DNA of 64,000 nucleotides. It comes from Felis catus (Eukaryota). The notes below the pieces were generated by a model. It was not told where the DNA came from, searched no databases, and was given only the letters and a program-made list of their open reading frames with translations. Below are positions 1-12,789 of the stretch, piece after piece. Every line of letters starts with the position of its first letter. Position 1 is the stretch's first letter. Made by a program: the position numbers and the translations under genes. Location of the stretch: assembly GCF_018350175.1 (NCBI RefSeq), contig NC_058369.1, positions 5,768,001-5,832,000 of the forward strand. The letters run 5' to 3'.

Positions 1-160
1 CTGATGGCTCAGAGCCTGGAGCCTGTTTCCGATTCTGTGTCTTCCTCTCTCTCTGCCCCTCCCCCGTTCATGCTCTGTCTCTCTCTGTCCCAAAAATAAA
101 ATAAACGTTGAAAAAATAAATAAATAAATAAAAATAAAAAATAAAAAATAAAGAATAAAA
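1..160 (+). mobile_element. Can-SINE (feliform SINEC_Fc-like), 3' part
   Basis: agagcctggagcctg...gattctgtgtct, (CT)n, A-rich tail. Confidence 0.9.
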
Positions 161-343
161 AGGGAAAGATATTGCTTAAATGCAATAAAAGCAATTCCCT
201 TAAGATCAACAGTAAATATTAGCCTAAATGCTAATCAGGAAAAAGACCAATATGCAGTCTTTTACTGTGGTTATCTAACTCTGTCCTGGGGATTCCAACA
301 AATGCAGGAGGATAAGAAAACAATAAGACATTTGGAAAGAAAA

Positions 344-478
344 GGGGCACCTGGGTGGCTCAGTCAGTTAAGCATCTGACTCTTGATCTCAGCTCAGGTC
401 CAGATCTCAGGGTCATGAGTTCAAGCCCCACATTGGGCTCTGGGCTGGGTGGAGAGCCTACTTAAAAAAAAAAAAAAG
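344..478 (+). mobile_element. Can-SINE (short/older type)
   Basis: ggggcacctgggtggctcagtc tRNA-derived head, polyA tail, aagaca... flanking duplication. Confidence 0.85.
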
Positions 479-598
479 ACACTTGAAAAGAAGAGATAAG
501 GTGAACTCTCTTTGTTCAAGTGCTCTTAGCAAGAATTTAGTAAGATGACTACCTGGAATAGAAATACTCAAAAGACTCAGAAATGAGCAAACACCACA

Positions 599-820
599 TT
601 TATTTATTTATTTTTAAATTTGTTCAATGTTTATTCATTTTTGAGAGACAGAGCGTGAGCAGGGGAAGAACGGAGAGAGAGGGAGACACAGAATCGGAAG
701 CAGGCTCCAGGCTCCGAGCTGTCAGCACAGAGCCCGATGTGGGGCTCGAACCCACAAACCGTGAGATCATGACCTGAGCTGAAGTCGGATGTTCAACCCA
801 CTGAGCCACCCAGGCTTCCC
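599..820 (-). mobile_element. Can-SINE
   Basis: Reverse complement of head (ctgagccacccagg) and body. Confidence 0.9.
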
Positions 821-1004
821 GAGGGAAAATGACAAACTACCTGTGAACAAATTTAATGAAAACAGCACAGGTACAATACAAACAAAATTATAAAATCTCA
901 TTGAAGGAGGGAAAGCAAGGTCTGTAGTAATGGAAAGACAGTTTCTTGGGTTGACATAAAAAAAAAAAAACTATAAATTACCCACAATCTAACTTACAAA
1001 TTAA

Positions 1005-1222
1005 AAAAATTTTTTTTCTAATATTTATCTTTTTTTGAGAGACAGAGCATGAGCAGGGGTGTGGGGTGGGGGGCAGAGAGAGAGGGAGACCCAAAATCCA
1101 AAGCAGGCTCCAGACTCCGAGCTGTCAGCACAGAGCCCGACGTGGGGCTCGAACTCACGAACTGCAAGGTCACGACCTGAGCTGAAGTCGGACGTGTACC
1201 AACTGAGCCACCCAGGCACCCC
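1005..1222 (-). mobile_element. Can-SINE with TSD ctaacttacaaatt
   Basis: Full element; TSD at ~989-1002 and 1223-1236. Confidence 0.9.
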
Positions 1223-1467
1223 CTAACTTACAAATTTAACACAATTGTACTCAGCATCCCAACAGAAAAAGAACAATTCTTTTTCTTGAGGAGCCAAGAC
1301 AAACATAAAAAAGAAAGGGGGAGAATCCAATTGCTGAGGTATTAAAATGGAACTAGTTAGGTAGCCGAGTAGAAAAAGAACAGAAATCCTGAAACATAAT
1401 CCGTCGTATATGAAAATCTATATATGATAAAAAGTGGTACTTTAATTCTCAGGGAATAGGGTGGTTT

Positions 1468-1687
1468 ATTTTTTTTTAATTTTTTTTTTTAATTTATTTT
1501 TGAGACAGAGAGAGACAGAGCATGAATGGGGGAGGGTCACAGAGAGAGGGAGACACAGAATCTGAAACAGGCTCCAGGCTCTGAGCTGTCAGCACAGAAC
1601 CCGACGCGGGGCTCGAACTCACAGACTGCGAGATCATGACCTGAGCCAAAGTCGGACGCTTAACCGACCAAGCCACCCAGGCGCCCC
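1468..1687 (-). mobile_element. Can-SINE with TSD atagggtggtttatt
   Basis: Full element; TSD at 1456 and 1688. Confidence 0.92.
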
Positions 1688-2820
1688 ATAGGGTGGTTTA
1701 TTTTAAAAATAGTGTTGGCCCAATTCTGAATATCCATCTGAAACACAAGTAGAGCCTTAGTAAACCCTTTGTTAATTGTTGAATACAAAAAGCAAAAATA
1801 TATTCCAGATAGAGTCAAAACTCAAATATAAAAGAATAAAAATCTTGCTAGGAAATCTAAGCGAATACATATGCAATCTAAGGACAAAAGAGAATTTCCT
1901 TGGCAGGAATGGGAACTCTAGGCGATAAAAGATACCACAAAATTTTGACGCCAATAAATCAGATGGCAAGGGACATGTATAAATTGGAAAAAAGACAATT
2001 CAAATGAAAAAAAGGAACAAAGACTGTGAATAGCTAGTCTACAGAGAAATGAATCCAAGTTACCCCAAATCATATGAAAAGATGCTCGACAGGACTGGGG
2101 TTAGAAAATGCATATCGAGGTAACAGTGAGATAACCCTTTCTCAAACTGGGAAAAACTTTAAAAAGTGATAACACTCACAGCTGGTGAGGCTGTGGGGAA
2201 AAAGTGCACTCCTGCACGGTTAGTGGGAATGTGCTCGCCAAAAGGATTTGTTCTGTTTCTGAATTTGCTAATGCCATGATTCATTTTGGGTTCACTTTTG
2301 TGGGAGGTGGAAGGTGTGTGTCTGGACTCACTTTTGTGCCTATGACATCCAATTCTTCCGGCACCGTCTGTTGAAGGGACTGGCCTTTATCCATTGAATT
2401 GCCTCTTGCAATTCTTTGCCAGAGATCAATGGACTTTATCTGCACAGGCTGCTTGCACGCTGTCTGTTCTGCTTCATTGATCTTCTGCCGACAGTCTCTG
2501 TCACCGTAGCTTTATAGACAGTCTTGACATCGGGCAGAGCGTCAGTTCTCCAACTTGGTTCTTCAGTATCGTGTTGGCTCTTCTGGGTCTTTGCCTTTCT
2601 GTATAAACTGTAGAATCGGTTGGTTGATGTCTAGGACCTGACAACATCTATTAAAGTTAAAAACACACAAGCCCTTCATCTAACAGCTCTCTCCTAGAAA
2701 TCGTTCCCTTAGAAATAGAATCATTAGCACACGGAGGTATAGGTATAAAAATATCGATTGCCGTGGTTTTTGTGTTTGTTTGTGTCTTTTTGGTAGCGGA
2801 GGGAATAAAACCTGTAAACC

Positions 2821-3025
2821 GGGGGCACCCGCGTGGCTCAGTCGGTGAACCCGTCTGACTTTGGTTCAGGTCGTGATCTCATGGTTCGTGAGGTCGAGCC
2901 CTGCATGGGGCTCTCTGCTGTCAGCACAGAGCCTGCCTCATAGCCTCTGTTCCCCTCCCCCACCCCTCCCTCACTCATGCACACTCTCTCTCTCTCTCTC
3001 TCTCTCAAAAATAAATAAAAACATG
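2821..3025 (+). mobile_element. Can-SINE
   Basis: gggggcacccgcgtggctcagtcgg head, (CT)n, A tail. Confidence 0.88.
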
Positions 3026-3284
3026 TCTTAAAAGAGGGTAATTTGCCCCCTTACAATAGTTAAAAAATAGTAACTTCTCTCTAAGCCGGCACTGGCCAAT
3101 ACAAATACAACTGCAACCCATGTAGATAGTCTTAGATCGCAAGAAAGCAAAGGGATGTCTGGTTGACCCAGTGGGAAGGGCATGTGACTCTGATCTCGGG
3201 GCCATGAGTCGGAGCCCCACGCTGGGCGTAGAGATTGCTAAAAAACAAATAAATAAACTTTTAAAAAGGTTAAAAAAATACCAA

Positions 3285-3455
3285 ATCTCATCATTGCAAC
3301 ATGTCACCGACGTTTTAAAAGGCATTAACGAGGCACGTTGCCTTCTTTTTCGTCTCACGAAGGCTTCGCACTCTGGCACGTGTTTTGCACTTACATTTTG
3401 ACTCGGACTGGCCACAGTTCAAGGGCTCACTGCTGTAGCCACCGTGTTGCACGGT
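3285..3455. mobile_element. MER33-like hAT-Charlie DNA transposon remnant
   Basis: Resembles recalled MER33 consensus (ttttgcacttaca...cggactggccacagttcaag...tagccaccgtgttg). Confidence 0.5.
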
Positions 3456-3488
3456 GCGGCCCCGAAGAGAACCTATAGGAGGACTTGA

Positions 3489-3505
3489 GTGCCCCCTAGC
3501 GGCAG
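3489..3505 (-). promoter_or_regulatory. Candidate CTCF site
   Basis: Minus strand reads CTGCCGCTAGGGGGCAC, matching the core CC(A/G)CNAGGGGGC(A/G)C. Confidence 0.5.
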
Positions 3506-4063
3506 ATACGATTAACACCGCCCTTCTCCGCAGCTCGATCGTGGAACTTAAATCAGATCGTGGGGCTCCCAGCCTGGAACCCTCCCAACCTCCCTGGCTG
3601 CCTGCTGCTTCTGGGTCCAACCCGCCGCACTTTACTGACCGTATCCTTGGGCCTCAGTCTTCACCTCTGACCCCGCTCTTCATGCCTTTGTCTAGGATCA
3701 TTGGGGGAACTCACTGTGATAATACGTGTAACGCGTCTGGCCCGCCATAGATGCCTAATAGATGTTGGCTGAACTAATGGCATTCTGGAAGTCTGCGGGA
3801 CGGGGCAGGAGCTGCAAGGAAAGACTCTGACAGCAGCTGGGAGGGGGCGGGGCGGGATGGGACTGTTGGGAGGAGACAGGCTGGGCAGATAGCGGAACCC
3901 CAGAGAGATGATGGGTGCAAATGGCAGGGCTAAGGGTAGGTGCCCACGTCCTAGCTCCCCTACCAGGCCTAACCCACACCTGGCCCAGTGGTCCCATCCC
4001 AATCGTGGCAGAACCCACTTGTGATCACCCTCTGTGAAAAGCCCTCGATGGCTCCCTGCTGAC

Positions 4064-4283
4064 TTTATTTTATTTTTTTTTTTTAACGTTTATTTTTGAG
4101 ACAGAGAGAGACAGAGCATGAACGGGGGAGGGGCAGAGAGAGAGGGAGACACAGAATCAGAAGCAGGCTCCAGGCTCTGAGCCATCAGCCCAGAGCCCGA
4201 CGCGGGGCTCGAACTCACAGACCGTGAGATCGTGACCTGAGCCGAAGTCGGACGCCCAACCGACTGAGCCACCCAGGCGCCCC
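4064..4283 (-). mobile_element. Can-SINE with TSD cctgctgacttta
   Basis: Near-consensus young element, flanking duplication. Confidence 0.92.
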
Positions 4284-5064
4284 ACCCTGCTGACTTTAAA
4301 AATAGCAAGGATGTCCCCACAGATCGCCCCTCCCTGCTTCTCTCCCTTGTTCCTCGCCCTCTGGCCAGGGAAACTCACACATTTGCTCACGATGTTTCCC
4401 CTTGTTGGGATACTCTACCCTTCCTTTCTCTCAGTTTAACTCCCCCTTGTCTGGCCAACCTCAGAGCAAACGTCACTGCCATAGGGAAAGCCCCTCCTGA
4501 CCCCCCACCCCAGCCTACGTCAGGTCCCGGGGCACCAGCAACCTCCCTTCTGTGGCAATTACCACTACAAGAACGTGAATTCCAGAAATCTGTGCTTTGT
4601 TTGCTGCTGTCTCCCACCAACCCACGGCACCTAGAACCTTGCCTGGTATACAGCAGGCACTCATTGAATGTCAGCGCAATGAACGTTCCCCAGGCTCTGC
4701 AGGAGGGCAGGATCTGGGTCTATTTCGGCTGGCCTTCCTGTCATCAGGGCCTGGTACACAGTAGGCGATGAGTAAATGTTGCAGAAATCAATGCCGACCT
4801 CAGTCCCGGGTCACTGGTCACCCGTGTCTTGGCTTGCCATGTGGACACTGCATATTTCCACCTGCTTGATTTCGCCTGATCTCTGCAGGAAGATGGCTTG
4901 CAAAAGGCAAAGAAAGAGGGACTCTCTGTCCCATTTTGAAGACGAGGGAACCGAGGTCTGAAGGATGAAAGGCACAGCTCAGGCACACAGCTCCGAGTCT
5001 GTGTCTCGCTCAGTCTTTGGAGCTAATGGTGAGGTTTGTTCTCCATCAGGGAAGCTTATTATGA

Positions 5065-5520
5065 GAGGTTCAATAATGCACCCCCTCCCCAAGGATGCCC
5101 ACATCCTCACCCCCGGGATCTGTGAATAGGTTACCTAACACGGAAACGTATTTGCCGATGGGATTCGGTTAAGGATCTGGACAAGGGAGTAGATCCTGGA
5201 TTCCCTGGGGGTCCAGTGACATCACATGGGTCCTCAGAACAGAGGGGCGGGAGTCAGAGAGAGATAGGAAGGCACGATGCTGCTGGCTTTGAAGGTGGAG
5301 GAAGGCGCCATGGTGCAAGGAGGGCAGGCAGCTTCTAGAAGGTGGAAAATGCAAGGGAAGGGATTGCCCCCTGGTCCCTCCAGAAGGATGGCAGTCCCCA
5401 AGTTGCCTTGGTGTTCGCCCACTGAAAGACAGTGCAGACTTCTGACTTCTAGAACCGCAGGATAATAACGTTGTGTTTCTTGAAAGCCACCAAGTTTGTC
5501 ACAGCAGCCGCGGGAAATGT
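5065..5520 (+). mobile_element. MaLR (MLT1-type) solo LTR
   Basis: aataatg..cccc..aaggatgcccacatcct...gacttctgacttctagaacc...tgtgtttcttgaaagccaccaagtttgt. Confidence 0.65.
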
Positions 5521-6456
5521 ATACATACTTCAACCTCAGGGGAAGGTTCCGGCAGGTCAGCATCAGATGGCATCAGACAGGTGTTGCATGACTGTCCCCT
5601 TGGCATTCAAAGTCCTACGTTCTGGGTATGACCAGCCCTGCTGCTCCAATGCCTCCCAGAAACCAGTGGCCAAGTCAGTACCCCCCCCCCCCGTTCCGCT
5701 CCAGCAGCAGAGAGAACGTTAGAACTTTGGAAATGTGACAGAGCCATCAGAAGTACAGGCAATGCATGATTTGTGAAATGTCAACTCTCACCTCTTTGTC
5801 CTACAGCCGCAGAAACATCCAGACATTTCTCTCCAACGAGAGAGGAAACAAAAACCGAGAAACCTCGGTGAACCTGATATGACTTCACGCCTCTGGGGCC
5901 GCCGTGGGGAGCAGTGATGGCCAAGGCTGATGGCCGAGACCGAGGACCGATGGCCGAGGACTAGGACCGGCCAGCCCCACCCCTCCAGGGGCCGAGGCCG
6001 CAGGCGGGGAACCACCCTGCAGGCAGACGAGGCTTGGATGGGTCCAGAGGTGAAACTGTGGCCTCCACATTTTTTAAATATGTGGTGATAAAATTTACCC
6101 TCTTAACCATTTTATTAATTCTTAAAATTTTTTTCCAACTTCATTGGGAGATAATTGACGAATGTAATTGTATTTATTTAAAGCGTAGCATATGATGATT
6201 TGATACACACATACATTGCAGAATGGTTGCTTAACCATTTTTTAAGGGTCCTGTTCAGTGGCGTTAAGGACACTCATGCTGTTGTATGGCCATCTCTCCT
6301 GTCCATCTCCAGAACTTTCTCATCTTCCCCAAATGGAACTCTGTCCCCATGAAACACTGACTCCGCACCCCTCCCCCAGCCCCTGGCTCCCACCATCTAC
6401 TTCCTGTCTCTATGGATCTGACTCCTCTAGGGACCCCATGGAAGAGGAATCCTACA

Positions 6457-6690
6457 GGGGCGCCTGGGTGGCTCAGTCGGTTAAGCCTCCAACTTCAGCT
6501 CAGGCTGTGACCTCACGGTTCGTGAGTTCAAGCCCCGCATCGGGCTCTGTGCTGACAACTCAGAGCCTGGAGCCTGCTTCAGATTCTGCGTCTCTCTCTC
6601 TCTCTCTTTGTCCCTCCCCCACTTGTGCTCTGTCTCTCTCTCTCTCTCAAAAACAAATAAACATCAAACAAGTTAAAAAGAAAAAAAAAA
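6457..6690 (+). mobile_element. Can-SINE
   Basis: ggggcgcctgggtggctcagtcggttaag head. Confidence 0.9.
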
Positions 6691-7588
6691 CCTGTCTCCC
6701 CCAGCAGCTGCCTGCCCGTTTTATTTTCATTATTTTTTAGAAATTTTTATTACTTTTTTAACGCTTAATTTAAAAAGTTAAGGCAGCCTGTCACTGACAT
6801 TATTACCACTCCTTGTCTTTCGTAAGCGCAGAGTGGACGTCCGTGGCCTTCTAGCTTCTGGCAGTCACTGATGAGAACGCTCTCCCGGGACGTCCCCTTC
6901 ATCTTCAAAGCGATGACGTTCCAGAGGTGGCAGGCGTGTGTCCTTCTCGGGGGTGGGTGATGGGGGGGGGCGTGGAGTCTGAGAGTCAGGAGCCCTTTCC
7001 CTCGGAGACACAGGTCTGTCTTCAGCTCGGGGAAATGCTTGCCCGTTACTGTTCCAGGGCTCTGTCTGTTTTGTCCGTCATGGGAGTGTCGGGAAGTCCG
7101 TCCCGCTCAAAAGCTCCTGCCCTGGACCCCCGAGTGTCTTTGTGGGGCAGCCTTACTTCCACCTCTCCCCCGGGGCCAGCAGTCTGGCATCAGCAATGGC
7201 CGTCCTTCCTTCCACGGGGGTGAGTGGCAGCTTGGTCACAAGATGGCTAAGCCACGTCTGCAGGCCTGAGATGACCCCTAATCCTCAGAGTCCCTGTCAC
7301 GCCCTGTGGCTGTGGTCTTCCTGTTCTCTCGGGCTTCATAGCAGTCAGTCCCCTGGGACATCTGTCCCGGGTGCTTGGGTTCATCCCTGGTGGCTGATCC
7401 TGTCGGGAATTGTCATCTCCAAGGCTTCTCTACTCTGTCCATTGTCCCGTCAGCACACAGGCTGGTCGGGTGCAAGGTGACAGTAGTAATGATGGAAACT
7501 TAATGATGCATCCATGGGGGTTCACCACGCTATGTATTCTCTCTACTTTTGCAAATGCTTGACATTGTCCACAACAAAAAGGTTTCTA

Positions 7589-7714
7589 GGGGTGCCTGGG
7601 TGGCTCAGTCGGTTAAGCATCTGACTTCAGCTCAGGCCATGATCTCAAGGTTCAAGGGCTCCAGCCCCGTGTCAGGCTCGGGGCCGACAGCTCAGAGCCT
7701 GGAGCCTGCCTCGG

Positions 7715-7752
<38 letters not shown>

Positions 7753-7823
7753 CCTCCCCCACTCATGCTCTGTCTGTCTCTCTCTCTCTCAAAAATAAAC
7801 GTTAAAAAATAATAATAATAAAA
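7589..7823 (+). mobile_element. Can-SINE
   Basis: Head, (CT)n and A tail. Confidence 0.9.
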
Positions 7824-8399
7824 ATGATTTCTAAAAAGCCTGCGTGATATCCAGTGTGCGAGGTGACTCCTGTATTAGGCTATCTCCTGAAATGCTGTCT
7901 GAAATTACAAAAGGTTCAGTGCCCACATGTCCATCAGCAGGTGACTAGGTAAATAAATTACAGTTCAGCTCATCAGTGGAGTCCCCTGTGGACATAAAAA
8001 AAGAATGAACAAGTTCTCTCCAAACGGACACAGAAAGAGATCTCAAGAAGCGGAAAGAGTAGGGGAGCCTGGCCGGTTCAGTGGGCGGAGCGTGTGGCTT
8101 TTGACCATGGGGTCGTGAGTCTGAGCCCCATGTTGGATGTAGAGATTACTTACAAATAAAATCTTTTTCAAAAGAGGTGGGAGGAGCAAGGGCTTTCATT
8201 GCGGCACTATTTCCAATCATCAAAAGGTGGAAACAACCCAAACGTCTGTCAAATGGCGAACGGATGGGTCCACAGCTTGCGGTCCATCCATATGACAGAG
8301 AACACCGTTCAGCCAAGCGTATGCTGCAGTGTGGACGAACCCCCAAATCATCACATACAGGGGAAGAAGCCAGATTAAGAGATTACATTTTGTATGATT

Positions 8400-8632
8400 C
8401 TATTTATTTATTTATTTATTTATTTATTTTTTTGTTTCTAAGGACTCTCTACACCCAACATGGGGTTTGAACTCACAACCCTGAGATCAAGGGTTGCACG
8501 CCCCAGGGTCGCCTGGGTGGCTCAGTGGGTTAAGCATCCAGCTCTGGGTTTTGGCTCAGGTCCTGATCTCATGGTTCAGGGGCTGGAGCCCCGAGTCGGT
8601 ATCTGCACTGACAGTGTGGAGCCTGCTTGGGA

Positions 8633-8670
<38 letters not shown>

Positions 8671-8778
8671 GCTCCTTCCCTGCTCACTCTCTGTCCCTCT
8701 CAAAAAATAAATAAATAAACTTAAAAAAAAAGAAAAAAGAGTTGTACATCCCACTGACTGAGCCAGGCAGATTCCCCT
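8400..8778. mobile_element. Nested Can-SINEs: + strand element (~8505-8735) inside a - strand older SINE
   Basis: Outer element halves at ~8440-8503 and ~8738-8778. Confidence 0.75.
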
Positions 8779-8984
8779 GTATGATTCTATTTATATAAAA
8801 TGTCCAGCAATGGCAAATCCATAGAGACAGAAAGTAGTTTTGGTTGCCAGGGGCTGAAGGAGGGATGATGGGTACGAGGTTTCATCTGGGGATGATAGAA
8901 ACACCTTGGAACTAGATAAGGTGTTAGTTGCACAACAGTCTGAATGTACTAAATGGCACTGAATCGCATACTTTAAAATGGTTG

Positions 8985-9015
<31 letters not shown>

Positions 9016-9034
9016 CTTTTTTCTTAAAACAAAT

Positions 9035-9592
9035 TTTTTTTCAATGTTTATTTATTTTTGGGACAGAGAGAGACAGAGCATGAACGGGGGAGGGGCAGAG
9101 AGAGAGGGAGACACAGAATCAGAAACAGGCTCCAGGCTCTGAGCCATCATCAGCCCAGAGCCTGACGCGGGGCTCGAACTCACGGACCGCGAGATCGTGA
9201 CCTAGCTGAAGTCGGACGCTTAACCGACTGCGCCACCCAGGCGCCCCATGCTTTTTTTTTTCAAAGTTAAAAAAAATTCTTTTTAATGTTTATTTTATTT
9301 TTGAGAGAGAGAGACAGAGCGTGAGCGGGGGGAGGGACAGAGAGAGAGGGAGACACAGAATCCGAAGCAGGCTCCAGGCTCTGAGCTGTCAGCACAGAGC
9401 GTGATGTGGGGCTCGAACTCCCGAACCGTGAGATCATGACCTGAGCCGAAGTCAGACGCTTAGCCAACTGAGCCCCCCAGGCGCCCCTTCGAGATGTTTT
9501 AAAAGTCATCTCTACACCCAACACAGGGCTCGAACCCACAACCCTGGGATCAAGAGTCACACGCTCCACTCACCGAGCCAGCCAGGCGCCCC
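9035..9592 (-). mobile_element. Cluster of three Can-SINEs
   Basis: Heads (caggcgcccc) end at ~9247, ~9487, ~9592. Confidence 0.88.
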
Positions 9593-12500
9593 TCACATGG
9601 TTAATTTCATGTTACGTGAGTTTTACCTTAATTTAAAAACAAAAAACAAACAAACAAACCAAAAAAACCAGTAAAAAATCAGACAATCATTGCAAAGCAC
9701 TTTTTAGTTTGCAAGTAAAATAAATTTTTACAGAGAGGAATGAAGCCAAGGATGGTTACACAGGTGCTAATGTTGTGTTTACTGTTAAAGAAAAAAGAAT
9801 GTATGTATATTTATCCAAGAGACACCCCTTGCCCGGCAGACTGAGGTCTGGGGCTTTGTGGCCTGAGTTCAGATCTGCCTGTGTTCTTTACCGGCTGTGT
9901 TCTTCAGTGACTCTGGGACTCAGTTTTCCCACCTGTGCAATGGGGAAGATACATAGCAAAGGCCCCTAAGGGGTCTGTTAGGAGGGTCTGGCCCAGCACA
10001 CAGGGCGTACTCCATGAATTAGGGGAGAGGGGGCTTGTCGCGCCCAGAGAACCAGACGGGGAAGTCCTCGGGCTCCAGCTGCTCTCTCTGCCCCTCCTGG
10101 CCTGGGCCTGACCTTCTCTGGGTCTTACGGGGACCCACCACCCCCCAGTCTGATTCCCAGGCATCAGGCCAAACTCCCCGCCCAGCTGCTTCCTGTGCTC
10201 AGACAAAGAGAGCTCTGTCCTCAGGCCACCCGGCCTAGGCGGGCACAGCGCCCCACACGGCACAGATTGCAGGCAACCCCCCCCCCCATGTCTCTTTGTC
10301 TGTCTGCCCTGTCTCCATCCCTTCCTTGGGCCTGGGCTCATGGACACCAGGGCGTCTCCTAGCCCAGGGCACACACAGTGGAGTCGTGTCGGTGGGAGGG
10401 GACTTTGGGACCGCACAGAAAGTGGTGGGGAGGCGGGGGCGTGTGGGAAGAAAGAGTGGAGCTGGAGTAACTCAGACATTCCATCATGACCTCAACAGGG
10501 TGACAACAGTGCGGGGTGCTCAGCGTAGCAGGGACGGGTGACAACTAACAGGAACCGGGGATGATGGACAGGCAGCGTGACGGCGACAGGTGACAAGGAG
10601 GAGACAGTGTGACAGCAACAGGTGACCATGAGGACATAGGCTGACAGCGACAGATGACACTGTAATAAGAGAAAGCCCCTGGGGATCCGTGTAATGTTGG
10701 TAGGGAGGCTGGGATACGGTGATAAAGGACAATAAGGAGACAGTGTGTGAAAATGACAGGTGGCAGTGGGGAGGCAGTGTTGGGATGAGAGAGGACGACA
10801 TTAAGACAGTCTCTGATGGTGATGGATGGTGGCAGGAAGCTGTCAGAAGGTGTGACGGGAACAGGTTGGGAACCACACGGCATACAGGACCTTTGTCATC
10901 TATGTGGCCATCAGGTGACCCAGTGACCTCTCCCTGGGTCTGGGAAACGAGCCAGAACCTCTAGATGCCAGGTCCCACACGCCCCCACACTCCCCCAGCC
11001 AGTCACCCCTGCCCCCAACTTTGGCAGATGCCGATGTTGGAAGAAGTTGGGGTCCCCTCGGACTCCATTTTGCCGAGGTGGTGGGGAGGAGGAGGGAATG
11101 GAAGGTATCTTTGTGGGACCAGATCTGTGGGCGACTTGGGCATCACTCTGCCGGCTGTGGAACCCCCAAGCTCGGGTCTCCGGCCTCCCCGGGGGGTCTG
11201 TGCGCGACCAAGAGCCCTTTCTGCGGAGGGTGACTTCTCCTGCTCGCAGTGTGAGGACGCCAGCCCTCTGGGTGATGGTGTGATCGTTCATGGGTCACAA
11301 TGTCACAGCAACAAGGTGTAGAGATGACGGGGGAACACCATGAAGGTGACAGGCAGCAAAGTCACCAGAACACAGCAAGGTGTCCCGTTGACGGGTGACA
11401 ATGAGAGGGTGACAGCCCTGGGTGACAGTGACGGGAGGCCTTGGAATAGGGTATTGGTGATGCTACAACTTGGACAGGGAGACCGGGGGTGCTCTGCCCT
11501 CGTGACAGACAGTGTTGGGGTGGCACCGGGATGCTTCTGGGACACCCCGTGCCTATCCCTGTGTCCGTGCAAGACACATCTGTTGGCTGAAGAGCAGCCC
11601 AGGATGCACCTTGACAAAGGAGCCTGGGAAGAGGGGACGGAAGTGTCCCCAGAAGCTGGCTCATCCCCACAGCCTCTGGGCCCTCCCACACTAGAATCCC
11701 ACCCGTCAGCTGCTCTTCTGGTTAATCCTGGGGTTCCTTCCGTAGCCCCGCCCCCCGGGGACCCCATTCCCTCTGCCAGGATGTCCTGAACCTTGTCCCT
11801 GAGGTTTCCCTCTGTCTCATGCCCCCCCGCCCCAGCCCAGTTCTAACCCCCACAGTGCAACTCTGGGGCGATTCTCACCATGGGAGCCCACCATGTCCGG
11901 GGGGAGCCCCCTGAGGGCTCCTCTGCTTACCCGGCCAGATTCCCTCTTTCCTTCTCTGCTCCCCCAAAGCTCCAGCCTCATTCAATTCCTGCGTTCTCCA
12001 CGCTCTCCTGTCTCCAGGCCTTTACCTAAGCTGTTTCTTCCCCTTTTCTGATCTGCCCCTTTCTACTGAGCCCCAAGCCTCCCATCCTCAAACAGAATGC
12101 CCCTTTCCTCCCCATCCCTATCCAGGGGGTCCCTCTCTCCTGCCCAGGAATGTTGGCGTCTAGGTCTGCCTCCCCGGACCCACACTGGGAGATTATGAGT
12201 ATCTCCCTCATAGGGTTTTTAGTTACTGAACGAGATAATGTGTACCACACGCTTAACACCAAGCCTGGCACGTCAGCATCCATTAAACATGAGCTCAAAT
12301 TACTTTTACTATTTATTTATAACATTCTGGAAGTGCCGTGACGGAGACACGATCAGCGCAATCAGCTTTGGGAACGTAATAGGGTAAGCTAACAATTTGG
12401 GAGTAGGGAGGGGCTTTTAGAACCGGGCTCTGCCAGATGCATAGGAGTTTGCTGAGCGGCATTAACAGTTTCAGGTCCACCCAACTGCCCTGACTGGATC

Positions 12501-12789
12501 CCCACCTTGAGGGGCAGCGGTGGTCTCTGTTCTCAAAGCTGGAAAAGTGGTGGGTGGAACTTACAAGTTTTCACCGGGAAAGTACAGCCCAAACAGGCAG
12601 CCAAAATTCTGAAGTCTGGGCCCCTTTGACAGGTAGAGAAACTGAGGCCCAGAAAGTCTAGACCTGTTGGATTCTTAAACTCTTCATTTGGAGAATCAGG
12701 TGAAAACCGTGGGCCTTCTCAGGAAGGGCACCTTTGCCCAATGGTTTGCCTACATTCTTAGGGGCCTCCGGATCTTGGTTAAGAACCCA

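Noticed and set aside
344..430. tRNA-like A/B-box sequences (ggtggctcagtc...gagttcaagccc)
   Set aside because: These are tRNA-derived SINE heads followed by SINE body and polyA, not tRNA genes.
9..9569. Recurrent short ORFs such as [23 protein letters not shown]... and [14 protein letters not shown]...
   Set aside because: They are translations of Can-SINE copies on either strand, not a gene family.
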